Shown in pieces: positions 9,837-19,547 of a stretch of 64,000 bases of DNA. Location of the stretch: IMG/VR virus record IMGVR_UViG_3300026484_000402, positions 16,341 through 80,340 of that record. One strand, 5' to 3'. The translations under genes and the position numbers were made by a program. Positions within the stretch are counted from its first letter, which is position 1; every line of letters starts with the position of its first letter. The notes under the pieces are model-generated. The model ran no database searches. It was not told the DNA's origin and saw nothing but the letters and a program-made list of their open reading frames with translations. Origin of the DNA: a virus.

Positions 9837-10229
9837 TTAGTATTCCGGCAAGTATTTAGGTCTTTTTCCTTTATTAGCCCATCTGTCTTTAATGTTTAAT
9901 GATTGATTAACCCATTCCAAATTATTCACTTGATAATCACTTCTGTTTCCATTTTTGTGATTTACAATATTGTAATCCGGTCTTGGTTTAGGTAAAAATG
10001 TCTCCGCAACCGCCCTATGTATTTTTACTTCATGTTTTTTCCCGTCTGACATAAGGGTTACTCTGGGATATCCCATCCATGTCCGTCCCCTTAAAATTTT
10101 TTTTGTTTTAGCATTCCTTATACCTAGAAAGGGATGAACTTCATAATTGTTAAATTTTTCAAGTCTTTTCCATTGAGCTGAAGATAGTGAATGCAGAGAT
10201 AGGTGAGATGTTTCTACCTGTTGTCCCAT
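9837..10229 (-). CDS. NUMOD4-HNH homing endonuclease
   Basis: WKRLEKFNNYEV NUMOD4-like start; HRAVAETF..VNHKNGNRSD..NNLEW. Confidence 0.88.
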   Translation of the reverse strand: MGQQVETSHLSLHSLSSAQWKRLEKFNNYEVHPFLGIRNAKTKKILRGRTWMGYPRVTLMSDGKKHEVKIHRAVAETFLPKPRPDYNIVNHKNGNRSDYQVNNLEWVNQSLNIKDRWANKGKRPKYLPEY

Positions 10230-10576
10230 CTTGCCTTACCTTCTCTAACGTCTACGTGAGTTCTACCAATATATCTTCCTATTCCATATTTGTTTGGATA
10301 TTTACTTTCAAGATAATCAGCAACTGCATCTTGATTTTCCCCTAAATTTAAAACTACAAAATCACATGCCATACCTTTTGTATGCATAGAATTTGGACTA
10401 CCGCCTACAGCTTTGTTGTGCTCTATACATCTACACCCAGAGTTTATTTTAATAGGGGAATTAAAATGTGCTCTAACATCTTCTAAAACCTCTAAAAGTT
10501 CACTATCCATAGCAGCAAAACCACAACCACATTTACATGCAAATTCACTTCTTTTAAAATGCCCTTTACTATACAT
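10214..10576 (-). CDS. Peptidase M15 family endolysin
   Basis: EFACKCGCG, INSGCRC..HN..VGG..SMH..GMACD, HVDVR; start set at 10576 from the AAGGA RBS. Confidence 0.9.
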   Translation of the reverse strand: MYSKGHFKRSEFACKCGCGFAAMDSELLEVLEDVRAHFNSPIKINSGCRCIEHNKAVGGSPNSMHTKGMACDFVVLNLGENQDAVADYLESKYPNKYGIGRYIGRTHVDVREGKARWDNR

Positions 10577-10731
10577 ATGTATCCTTTTTGTGTAATTATA
10601 ACACAAAAATAAAAGTCATTTTTTTGCATTAAAAATATCATATATCTTTTTAGAGGTAATAAGAATAGAACATTTAATTGAATATATCCAAAAAATAAAT
10701 TTTGAATTTTTAATGTCAGACAGGAAAAGAA

Positions 10732-10926
10732 CTACTTTCCCTTACGTTTCTTTTGCAACAAGAGTTTGTATTTTTTAATTCTTTCATTTATAAACTCTTT
10801 ATCATCGTTAGCCATTCCAAAAATAGCTAGAACTTTTTTTAAATATGCAGTTTTAAGAAGAGACTTAAGCTCGTCTTCTGTATATCCGTTTTGTCTCGCT
10901 ATAGCATCTTTTTCTTTAAGAGTCAT
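10732..10926 (-). CDS. Hypothetical basic protein
   Basis: 64 aa; ATGA overlap with the upstream gene. Confidence 0.6.
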   Translation of the reverse strand: MTLKEKDAIARQNGYTEDELKSLLKTAYLKKVLAIFGMANDDKEFINERIKKYKLLLQKKRKGK

Positions 10927-11516
10927 TTTTCAATCCTTTTTTTTATTTTTACAAATTCTACACTATTTTTCCATTTGTCTGCAACAACACATTTTATTGC
11001 TTTTATCATATTGTTTATATTTGCAGCATACGCTTTTGCTTGAGCGCTTTTATAATGTGTGCCAGCATTATATGATGCCCATATTTGCATCCAATTGTTT
11101 TCACCTCTTATTTTCTGCCAACATCTTATTTCAGCAACAGCCTCAGCGAATGCAAAATCTAAATTTTCAATTAATCTAGTACATATCATATTTGCATTCA
11201 CTCTTGTCCACCTCCATTCTTTATGTCTTCCGAATACGCTTTTAAGCCTATAGTGGAAAATACCGCAACTTCCGCCATCTCCATCCCACATATCAATTTT
11301 GGCGAGCCCAGCTATTGATTCTTTCCAAGCTATTGCCGTGAGAGTATATTGCAAGTTGACAGTTTCACCTTTTTTGAAAACTTCATATAAAAGTTTTTGT
11401 TGTGACAAAGAAAGCAAGTTAAATGCTCTTATATATTCCTTAACAGAATATACTTTATAATTTGATGCAAATAAAAAACTAATAAATGTTAACGCAATTA
11501 GTACTTTTTTTATCAT
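10923..11516 (-). CDS. Secreted lysozyme-like (SLT transglycosylase) protein
   Basis: Signal peptide MIKKVLIALTFISFLFA; AIAWKES catalytic motif; ASYNAG. Confidence 0.78.
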   Translation of the reverse strand: MIKKVLIALTFISFLFASNYKVYSVKEYIRAFNLLSLSQQKLLYEVFKKGETVNLQYTLTAIAWKESIAGLAKIDMWDGDGGSCGIFHYRLKSVFGRHKEWRWTRVNANMICTRLIENLDFAFAEAVAEIRCWQKIRGENNWMQIWASYNAGTHYKSAQAKAYAANINNMIKAIKCVVADKWKNSVEFVKIKKRIEK

Positions 11517-11659
11517 ATTTTTCTCGTTTTGTAAACTTTGCCGTCTTTAATAAACAGCATTATTTTCTTAAACGTTAAAATTAGACTGTCTTCAGTCCTT
11601 TTAATTTTTAATGGTACACGACCATTTAAGGTATTTGTTAAAATATCAAAACCTTTCAT
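11513..11659 (-). CDS. Small hypothetical protein (48 aa)
   Basis: AGGAGG RBS before MKGFDIL; first gene after the TATATAT promoter motif. Confidence 0.6.
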   Translation of the reverse strand: MKGFDILTNTLNGRVPLKIKRTEDSLILTFKKIMLFIKDGKVYKTRKI

Positions 11660-11691
11660 TAGTCCTCCTTTCATAATATTCGAAACTGGGC

Positions 11692-11725
11692 TCATATATA
11701 TATAACATGAAAAAACCTTTTTTCC
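11692..11725 (-). promoter_or_regulatory. Candidate phage-specific promoter, copy 1
   Basis: Minus strand GGAAAA-AAGGTTT-TTTCATGTTA-TA-TATATAT-GA; matches the copies at 59711, 60015 and 62094. Confidence 0.6.
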
Positions 11726-12330
11726 TAATTTGCTGAACTATTAATTGTAGTTTCATTTAAAGAAGTAGCAATTTCAGATGTGGTTATTTTTGAGTTAATA
11801 GACGAAGGTGATAAAAAGGACGAAGAGCTAGGCGAGGTAGTGTTAAAATTAAAAGCCTTACTAGTGAATGTATATTTATTGAATCTTTTTGAATTATTCA
11901 TATTAAACGGAGAAACTGTTTTTGATTTATCTATTTCTATAAAACCTATAGAGTCTATTTCGTCGGCTTTAAAACAATATAATTTATCATATATTTTTTC
12001 GGCATTAAAAAACATATTCCTTCCGTCAACAGTAAACACAGATATTGGTATTGCATCAGGGTTTTTATTTTTTATATCATAAACAAATATATAATATGAA
12101 ATAGCCCCTTTTATCATTACTTGAAATGACTTTTCTCCCATTACTATATAGTATCCGTCATTTGCGGCCAAAAATTTAAGAATATACTTTCCGTTATATT
12201 CAGATTGCTCTAAATTTAATTCTGTAGATTTTTCTCCGTTAAAATATACAACTGTAATAGTCTTAGGGTTAGTGGTTTTAATAAACCCGTATAACCCTGT
12301 GATAGGAATAAAAGTTTTTATATGTTTCAA
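11725..12330 (-). CDS. Hypothetical beta-rich protein, probably virion-associated
   Basis: 201 aa; resembles the C-terminus of the upstream 562 aa protein; Ser/Thr-rich tail. Confidence 0.6.
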   Translation of the reverse strand: MKHIKTFIPITGLYGFIKTTNPKTITVVYFNGEKSTELNLEQSEYNGKYILKFLAANDGYYIVMGEKSFQVMIKGAISYYIFVYDIKNKNPDAIPISVFTVDGRNMFFNAEKIYDKLYCFKADEIDSIGFIEIDKSKTVSPFNMNNSKRFNKYTFTSKAFNFNTTSPSSSSFLSPSSINSKITTSEIATSLNETTINSSAN

Positions 12331-12331
12331 T

Positions 12332-14020
12332 TTACACCTGCTTGTAAGAATTTCCTATTTTAAGTATTCCATGATTATTAGGATTAAGAACTGCATACAT
12401 TAATCCTTCTTCTCCATAAGTAGCTGTTCCGCTTTCAAGCTCATCCCCATCTATGCTTTTTAATACATAATTTAATGTAGTGTTTTCGGTATAATTAGGA
12501 CTGTAAGCTATAACAATGTTTTTTGAGTCTCCTACCTTAAAAATTTTTATTGCTTTATCTATTTTTGCTATATACACGCAATCATTTAATTCAGCCGTAA
12601 ATTCAGTACCATATATATTGTCAAACAATTGGTTCATTCCGGCAACTTGTATTTTTTCAAATGTTCCATCCTGTTTCACAGCATACAATTTATATACCGG
12701 AACTGCTCCGCTTTTAGATATAACACTAAACGTTATTTTATCTCCTATACTATATTCTTCAGCGTTATCGCTTGCATTTACAGATGTTATTTCAGTAGAT
12801 AATTTTTTAGTATTTCCTCCCGCATCTATAAGATATGCTTCAATAATATATTTACCAATTTGTTTCATTTCAAGGTCTATAGATATAGCATCGTTTCCGG
12901 CTAACTCTTCATATACTATATCTGTTTTTATATGTTCGTCTTTGCCTGCAATATTTACAACATTTTGAATTACATACGAATCAAACACTACTCTCCATAA
13001 GATATTTGTAATGTTTTGTAAAGAATCGTTTTTTGATGATAAAATTATTGTATATATACCTATATCAGAATTATATTCTACGCCTAATGAAGCATCTATG
13101 TTTTCGGAGACAAATATTGTTTTTTTATCTTCAAAAGATACTTGTTTTCCATCTTCATCCAAACAATTGAATATTAGTTTTATTTCGTTGTTTTGATAAC
13201 TATTACAAGTGGATATATTTATATTTTTCAAAGGAGTCGCAAAGTCTTTAATGGTTTCTGTTTTCTGTGTGTTTATAAACACATCTACGCTTTGTGGAAT
13301 TAGGTTTTTGGATATGTATAAAGCAATAGGCATCATAGGTTTTACGGCATTACTATAAATAGGGCTAAAATATGCAAATTGATATTTTATTTGATTAAGT
13401 GTTACAAATTCTTGTTCCTCATTTTCTCCGATTACTTTTATTTTAATGTTTGTTTCATCTGTAAACGTATCATCGGAAAAAACCAATCTTATATTTAAAT
13501 CGTATTCCCCTTTTTGTAATCCCGTAAATCCATCAAAAGGAACTGCTCCATTTTCCGTTAGTTCTTCAATTAAGTATTTTCTTTGTGGAAAAATTATTTT
13601 ATCTTTAAAACTATACATTACTTGGGGTGTTACTTGTATTTCATTTAAAGTTTCGTTTATCTTTATAGTATATTCTTTTGTTATGTCAACTTTTATATCC
13701 GATTTTTTGATAAGCGATGTGGTTATATATTCAGAAACTTTATTATTGTTATTCTCAATCAATAAATTGTTAAGATAATTATGCATATGCAATCTGTTAC
13801 TATCACCAGACCATAAACATATCAATATATCACTTCCATCGCTCCAAGGTGTTTCAAAAGATGATTTATTAGGTATTTTAACTTCAGTTATATTTGATGT
13901 TATTTTAAAAACATCTCCTTCATAATTGTCTTTGCCGTTTGCATCAAAAATAAATAATTGACCATATATTGTTTCACCTATTTCGTTAAAATTTAAAATG
14001 TCGACAATTATACTTTTCAT
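12332..14020 (-). CDS. Hypothetical beta-rich (Ig-like) structural protein
   Basis: 562 aa ORF with alternating hydrophobic beta patterns; function inferred only. Confidence 0.6.
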   Translation of the reverse strand: MKSIIVDILNFNEIGETIYGQLFIFDANGKDNYEGDVFKITSNITEVKIPNKSSFETPWSDGSDILICLWSGDSNRLHMHNYLNNLLIENNNNKVSEYITTSLIKKSDIKVDITKEYTIKINETLNEIQVTPQVMYSFKDKIIFPQRKYLIEELTENGAVPFDGFTGLQKGEYDLNIRLVFSDDTFTDETNIKIKVIGENEEQEFVTLNQIKYQFAYFSPIYSNAVKPMMPIALYISKNLIPQSVDVFINTQKTETIKDFATPLKNINISTCNSYQNNEIKLIFNCLDEDGKQVSFEDKKTIFVSENIDASLGVEYNSDIGIYTIILSSKNDSLQNITNILWRVVFDSYVIQNVVNIAGKDEHIKTDIVYEELAGNDAISIDLEMKQIGKYIIEAYLIDAGGNTKKLSTEITSVNASDNAEEYSIGDKITFSVISKSGAVPVYKLYAVKQDGTFEKIQVAGMNQLFDNIYGTEFTAELNDCVYIAKIDKAIKIFKVGDSKNIVIAYSPNYTENTTLNYVLKSIDGDELESGTATYGEEGLMYAVLNPNNHGILKIGNSYKQV

Positions 14021-14107
14021 TTTTTTTCCTTTTTCTTATACGAGTGTTTTGATATTTTGTAATATTTTATTATAATTGTAGCAAAAAGATTATCAAAGGA
14101 AAACTTT

Positions 14108-15847
14108 ATGGACGCTGTATCTGCTTTAAACAGTTTTCTTCCAGATGAATTTCATATTAAAAAAAGCGACTTACCACTTACAAAAGCAAAATTAAATAAG
14201 TTATTAACAGAATATGCTAAAAAATATCCTGACCACTACGCAAAAAATATACATAAAATAGGTGATTTAGGAGAAGAGTTGGCATACTTACACGGACATC
14301 ACGTAGGTATAAATGATTTGCTGCACCCCAATAGAAAAAAAATAGAATCTTTTTTAGAAAAAGAAAATAAAAAACTGTCTTTAATGAGTACAGAAAAGAA
14401 AAAAGAACATTTAATAAAATTATTTGATAAAGTCCAAGAGTTAACTATGGAACCTGATGGCAACCATTTAGTTGACCAAGGAAAATCGAGAAGTAGAGGA
14501 AATCCAGCTACAATAACTAGAACAATTGGGGCTTCAGTATATACTGTAGATATGAATTCTGAGCCATTTCCTTTCCTAATTAAAAATTCATTATCATCAG
14601 GGTATAGGAGTCATGAAATGTTTGCTGCAGGTTCCCAAGCCAGATATGCAGCCGTACAATCTGCTACTTCAACATCTGAACCTGGAGCTATGAGTAAAGT
14701 TTTAGTGGCTAACACAGAACATTTAAAAATATGTTGTAAAGACTGTGGCACTAAAAATGGTATTGAATATAAAATTGATGACTCCCAAATAATAGGAAGA
14801 TATGAAGCAGGCACCAACAGATTAATAACTAAAGATTACGTTAATCAATTGAAAAAACAAAGAAAAAAAACAATAGTAGTAAGAGACCCTATTACTTGTC
14901 AAGCTAAAGACGGAATATGCGCAATGTGTTATGGACATAATGCAATGGGTAAATTATATGAACCAGGGCACAATATAGGCATTCAGGCTTCACAAACAGT
15001 AGGTGAAAAAGCAACTCAGCTTGTTTTGTCAGCTAAACATAACATAAAAGGTAAATTAACATCTAATATACCTACAGGTTTTGAAGCACAAAAAATCTTA
15101 TTAAATACTCCTAAATCTTTTAGAGGGAAAGCCACTATATCAACTACAGATGGTAAAGTTGAAAAAATAGAAAGATTAAACACTGGTGGATATAATGTAG
15201 TAATAGCGGGGAAAACTCATTATATTTCTCCAGAAGTCAAACCAAAAGTCAAAGTTGGCGATGAGGTTTTCAAAGGGCAAACGTTAAGCACAGGTTTAGC
15301 TTCCCCAAGAGAAATAATGGAGCATTCCGGAGTGTATCAAGCTAGAAAATATACCGTAGATAAATTATATGAGGCAAATGGCGGAGATATAGATAAAAGA
15401 GTGTTTGGAGTTTTAGCAAGGGGATATTTGGAATTAGCTAAACATAAAAAAGATGAAATGCACGAATTACATAATTATGATGCATTATTGCACACTATAG
15501 AAGAGCCTAATACACATATTGTCAAGGTTTCAGATAGACAGATTACAAATAAATATCTAGCCCAGCCTTTTTTACATTATAGTCCTGGTACTAAAATTAC
15601 ACCTGGAATAGTTAAAAAAATGAAACAACACGGATTAAAAGAAGTAAAGGTATCTCATAATCCATTTCCTATTGTACCAGTATATAAAACTTATGAACAA
15701 AAACCATTGGCAAATACAACAATTTGGCAGAAAATGAATTATAGAGGAATTAAAAAAGGATTAACAGGAGAGCTTTTATATAATAAAGAAACTGATATCA
15801 ATAGATTGCAAAGTGATAGGGCTAAATACACTCTTGGGAGATTGTAA
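14108..15847 (+). CDS. rpoC: Multisubunit RNA polymerase beta' subunit, C-terminal part (split RpoC, RpoC2-like)
   Basis: SRGN, bridge helix ARYAAVQSATSTSEPGAMSKVLV, KDCGT, VRDPITC..GICAMCYG zinc site, GIQASQTVGEKATQLVLSAKH trigger loop; no NADFDGD. Confidence 0.9.
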   Translation: MDAVSALNSFLPDEFHIKKSDLPLTKAKLNKLLTEYAKKYPDHYAKNIHKIGDLGEELAYLHGHHVGINDLLHPNRKKIESFLEKENKKLSLMSTEKKKEHLIKLFDKVQELTMEPDGNHLVDQGKSRSRGNPATITRTIGASVYTVDMNSEPFPFLIKNSLSSGYRSHEMFAAGSQARYAAVQSATSTSEPGAMSKVLVANTEHLKICCKDCGTKNGIEYKIDDSQIIGRYEAGTNRLITKDYVNQLKKQRKKTIVVRDPITCQAKDGICAMCYGHNAMGKLYEPGHNIGIQASQTVGEKATQLVLSAKHNIKGKLTSNIPTGFEAQKILLNTPKSFRGKATISTTDGKVEKIERLNTGGYNVVIAGKTHYISPEVKPKVKVGDEVFKGQTLSTGLASPREIMEHSGVYQARKYTVDKLYEANGGDIDKRVFGVLARGYLELAKHKKDEMHELHNYDALLHTIEEPNTHIVKVSDRQITNKYLAQPFLHYSPGTKITPGIVKKMKQHGLKEVKVSHNPFPIVPVYKTYEQKPLANTTIWQKMNYRGIKKGLTGELLYNKETDINRLQSDRAKYTLGRL

Positions 15848-15885
15848 TGAATATTGATAAAAAAATAAAGCGGAAAGGATAAAGC

Positions 15886-16194
15886 ATGCGAAATTGGAGA
15901 AATTCAAGAGAATATAGAAAGTGGAGAGCTCAAGTTATACGCAGAGATGTTAAGTGTGTAATATGTGGAAGTATTAAAAAAAGAGTTGCTCACCATTTAA
16001 ATCATGCTAGTTATTTTATAGATGAAAGGTTTGATGTAGATAACGGTGTGTGTTTATGTGAAGAATGTCATATACAATTTCACAATAATTTTAAAAGAAA
16101 TAATCGTGTAAAATGCACGAAATATGACTTTGATAATTTTGTGAAATTATTAAGATATGCAAAGGAGAAACTATGCTTTTCAGAATCAAATTAA
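15886..16194 (+). CDS. HNH endonuclease
   Basis: CVICG, AHHLNH, NGVCLCEECHIQFH. Confidence 0.88.
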   Translation: MRNWRNSREYRKWRAQVIRRDVKCVICGSIKKRVAHHLNHASYFIDERFDVDNGVCLCEECHIQFHNNFKRNNRVKCTKYDFDNFVKLLRYAKEKLCFSESN

Positions 16195-16481
16195 TATTGG
16201 TAGGAATAGGAACTATTTTAATTACCTTTTTGGGCTTGTTTGCTAAATTAAAATCAACAGAACATCGTGTGGAAGATTTAGAGAATGAAAACGAGAATAT
16301 TAAACAGCAAAATGAAGCTTTAAAACAAAATGTAGAAGTTAAAAAAGAAGAGCTTAACTTATCAAACGTGCAGCATAAAATAGAAAAAGAATTTGATACT
16401 GCCCAAAAGAAAAAAGAAATTGAAATTGAAGAAAAAATTACAAAGGCTGAAGATGGTGAAAAAATTACTATTACTATTTAG
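16173..16481 (+). CDS. Inner-membrane spanin (Rz-like)
   Basis: N-terminal TM helix then coiled coil; overlapped by a lipoprotein gene. Confidence 0.7.
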   Translation: MLFRIKLILVGIGTILITFLGLFAKLKSTEHRVEDLENENENIKQQNEALKQNVEVKKEELNLSNVQHKIEKEFDTAQKKKEIEIEEKITKAEDGEKITITI

Positions 16482-16749
16482 TTCATTGTTTATTATCGGT
16501 TGTGCACAAAAAAAAGTTGTATATATAAAAAACAAATGCCCGTCTTTTAGGTATGAACCAAGCATCCCTAAAAGTAAGACTTTTACTTTTTCAAGTAAAA
16601 ATGATAAAATTGTTTTATCAAAGCAGGATTTTAAAGAAATTTTAAAAAATTATTCTTTTATGAAAAATGAACTAAATCAAACAAAAAAATATATAAAAGA
16701 ATACAACAAAATGATACAAAGGATTAACAATGTCAGATATAGTAACTAA
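16453..16749 (+). CDS. Outer-membrane lipoprotein spanin (Rz1-like)
   Basis: MVKKLLLLFSSLFIIG-C lipobox from ATG 16453; Pro-containing segment; overlaps the i-spanin 3' end. Confidence 0.72.
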   Translation: MVKKLLLLFSSLFIIGCAQKKVVYIKNKCPSFRYEPSIPKSKTFTFSSKNDKIVLSKQDFKEILKNYSFMKNELNQTKKYIKEYNKMIQRINNVRYSN

Positions 16750-17290
16750 ATTGGAGAAAATAGCTGAAGAGCTTCCTAAAATAGAAGACGCTATTGGGGC
16801 TAAAAACACATTGGAAAAAATAGCTTTTGCAGTTAAAGCGCTAGAAATAATAGACAATGGTGGAATGAGTAAAGAAGCAGCAGTGTCTAGCAATTCATTA
16901 AGCCAAATAGGTGGGACTATGGCTAAAGCGTTAGTTGCGGGTCTAGGTATAGGACTTGCTGGAGAAGCATTAGATATTGGTCATCAAAAAGTAAAAAAGA
17001 TGTTTTTTGAGAGAAAATTGAATTCTTTAGCAAAAGCGGTAAAAAAGGAAGCCCCTGAACTTAAACATACAGATGATGCAAAAATAAAGAAAATGCTAGA
17101 GGCTGGATATGAATTGGCCCCTGAAGTAATGGAAAATCCAACTCTTGCTGCAAGTTTTGTAAGCATAGGAAATAGTTTAGGTGGAAAAGTTGACCCTAAT
17201 ACGATGAAAATTTTCGCAGACATACATTCAAAATTAAATGGGAGAGGAAAGTTTTCCGATAATTTAACATCAGGAATAGGACTTATATAA
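16730..17290 (+). CDS. Putative virion internal protein (K-x-A motifs, Gly-rich helix)
   Basis: LEKIA twice and SKEAA, then GGTMAKALVAGLGIGLAG. Confidence 0.55.
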   Translation: MSDIVTKLEKIAEELPKIEDAIGAKNTLEKIAFAVKALEIIDNGGMSKEAAVSSNSLSQIGGTMAKALVAGLGIGLAGEALDIGHQKVKKMFFERKLNSLAKAVKKEAPELKHTDDAKIKKMLEAGYELAPEVMENPTLAASFVSIGNSLGGKVDPNTMKIFADIHSKLNGRGKFSDNLTSGIGLI

Positions 17291-17299
17291 GGTGGTAAA

Positions 17300-17845
17300 A
17301 TGGGAGCTTATAAAATAAAACAAAAAACAAAAAAACCAAAATATAACATATTCAATATACCTAAAATTAAAACAAATATTGATTTAGCTAAATATGACCC
17401 TGTTACTGGAGAGAAAATAGCACTAGATTCCAATTTAAATAATTCCGAACAAAATGTAACCGGGAATGTTCCAAGTGCGTTATCTGGGAGAAAACAGGCT
17501 GATAAAAATGATTATTACAATTTAAGAAAAATGAAAATGGAAACTATGGCAGATGCTCTTCAAAGCAGAAAACAACCGGTGGATTTATTTGAAGCTGTAA
17601 AAAATGGAACAGTAGGAACTACTGCAGGGGTTGCGATAGGAAATATCTTGAATACTTCTAATAGAGCTAAAGGTTTGTTGGGTCTGGGACTTGGAGGCGC
17701 TATTGCTGCGATGGATGTTAATAGACAACTTAGAAAATATAATAATCAAATGGCTGCTAGAGAAGCTTTAATTGGACAGCCAACAGATAGGGAAAAAGCT
17801 TACATGAAATTATTGAGAGAAAAATATTCACAAGGTAAAAAATAA
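17300..17845 (+). CDS. Putative virion internal protein with glycine-zipper-like helices
   Basis: GEKIAL; GTVGTTAGVAIG; GLLGLGLGGAIAA. Confidence 0.5.
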   Translation: MGAYKIKQKTKKPKYNIFNIPKIKTNIDLAKYDPVTGEKIALDSNLNNSEQNVTGNVPSALSGRKQADKNDYYNLRKMKMETMADALQSRKQPVDLFEAVKNGTVGTTAGVAIGNILNTSNRAKGLLGLGLGGAIAAMDVNRQLRKYNNQMAAREALIGQPTDREKAYMKLLREKYSQGKK

Positions 17846-18369
17846 TGGATATTTTTAATTATTCAGACACAGATTATTCTGCGATTTTGTATAAAGATTT
17901 TTTTGTAATTTATATGAACTTAATAAAATCAAAACTTAGAGATAATAATATTGATGAAAAAATAGTTAGGCTCATAGATGCAGATACAATAAATGTTAAT
18001 AGAGCGCCTTTGATAATCCTTAAAAGAACACATAGTCCACAACCTCCTACAGGAGCATTATTAAATGAAAGGCTTAACACTATAAATAACAAAAATATAA
18101 TTAACAGTGTTTCATACCAAATGTTTAATTTGTTGATAACTTGCTATGGAAACACATATCTAGAATCTGAAAGACTTGCCAGTTTAGTAATAGAGTCAAT
18201 AATTCTTTCATCAATAAACAAAATTAGGGCTTTAAGTGAAAACAGAATTATAGGTCACGAATTTTTAAATTGGTCAGAAACAGGGTTAGTGTCACAAGAT
18301 ACTAAATTATTTGCAAGTTCTATAGAAATAAGAATAAGCACAATGTTTGAAACATCAACAGTGTTATAA
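17845..18369 (+). CDS. Possible tail completion/terminator protein
   Basis: 174 aa; PLIILKR and LLITCYG..YLESERLA pattern; structural gene context. Confidence 0.4.
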   Translation: MDIFNYSDTDYSAILYKDFFVIYMNLIKSKLRDNNIDEKIVRLIDADTINVNRAPLIILKRTHSPQPPTGALLNERLNTINNKNIINSVSYQMFNLLITCYGNTYLESERLASLVIESIILSSINKIRALSENRIIGHEFLNWSETGLVSQDTKLFASSIEIRISTMFETSTVL

Positions 18370-18384
18370 AAAAAAGGAAGTAAT

Positions 18385-19317
18385 ATGAATTTATACCCTT
18401 TGTTTTTAGGAAATGGAAATTCCTCAGCAGGACATGGTTCTTTTACTTTAGCTATTAAGGCCACTTGCGAAACAATCCAGAATACAAATAATACGTATAA
18501 ATTAAACGGAGAAGTAGCGAATTATGAATCTAATTCAAATCTAGAATTAAGTGGATTTATAGCTGAGGGGTTGCCATATTATGCTATGTGGATGCAAACG
18601 GTAGATAATTCAATTGCATTAAATTTCTCTCTTTTGTCTGAGGAATATGAGATAGCGATTTTGGACCAGGAAGTAAATATACAACAACCAGATGTAATAT
18701 TCACCTTTGAAGCCCTTCCCGCTTCTGTTAGTTTAAGTTGTATTTTGGAAGAAAAAGATTTCACTTCAACACTTTCTATAGGAGAAAACAAAATTATAGA
18801 AATTACCGAAAATGTTATAGAGTTAAATGAGAACAATGTTGTCTTTAACACTCAAGCAGGTAATATATACAGCACTCTTCTAGAGGAAACAATATATCCA
18901 ACAAATATTAATGCAGAAATATTAAACAACAATATTACCATACTTGGATATGTAAATGGTGAATTTGTAAGCATTAACACCAATATCGATAAGAATTATG
19001 TAATAGAAATTAAAAAAGGATGGAACAACATTATAGTGCCAACCATTATAGCAAACAATAAAGAAATGAGAATTTATGATTTTGTAAACATATTGGCTAA
19101 TTATATAGACAAAGAGCCTTATGAATTATTTGAAATCGCTTCATTCGTGGAAAATGATACTGAAAACAATTTTATTATTACAAAAGAATTTGTTTCAAAT
19201 GTTAATGGTCCAAATAATTTTAAACTATTTAAACAAATTAATAAAAAGATGTATCCTGTTCCATTCTTAATTAAATCTTTAGTTGATATTAATATTCCAT
19301 TAAAAGAAGTGTTATGA
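18385..19317 (+). CDS. Hypothetical beta-rich structural protein
   Basis: 310 aa; IEIKKGWNNIIVP. Confidence 0.55.
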   Translation: MNLYPLFLGNGNSSAGHGSFTLAIKATCETIQNTNNTYKLNGEVANYESNSNLELSGFIAEGLPYYAMWMQTVDNSIALNFSLLSEEYEIAILDQEVNIQQPDVIFTFEALPASVSLSCILEEKDFTSTLSIGENKIIEITENVIELNENNVVFNTQAGNIYSTLLEETIYPTNINAEILNNNITILGYVNGEFVSINTNIDKNYVIEIKKGWNNIIVPTIIANNKEMRIYDFVNILANYIDKEPYELFEIASFVENDTENNFIITKEFVSNVNGPNNFKLFKQINKKMYPVPFLIKSLVDINIPLKEVL

Positions 19318-19547
19318 CGTGTGTAAGAATTGATAACATTGGGGTTATACAAGAAATAACCAGATACATGAGAGAAAAAGTGTTTATTTGTAGAAAAAGA
19401 TATGTTTGTTTAAAAGCTAAAGATTTTGCTACAGAAAAAGTATATTTAAACGAATTAATGGATATTTTGAGAAATACGCCAATAAAAACAACTTTTGAAA
19501 TAATGTATAATTATATAAAAGATGAAGGAGAATGTAATGCTCACTAA
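19314..19547 (+). CDS. Hypothetical protein
   Basis: 77 aa, ATGA-coupled to the upstream gene. Confidence 0.55.
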   Translation: MTCVRIDNIGVIQEITRYMREKVFICRKRYVCLKAKDFATEKVYLNELMDILRNTPIKTTFEIMYNYIKDEGECNAH

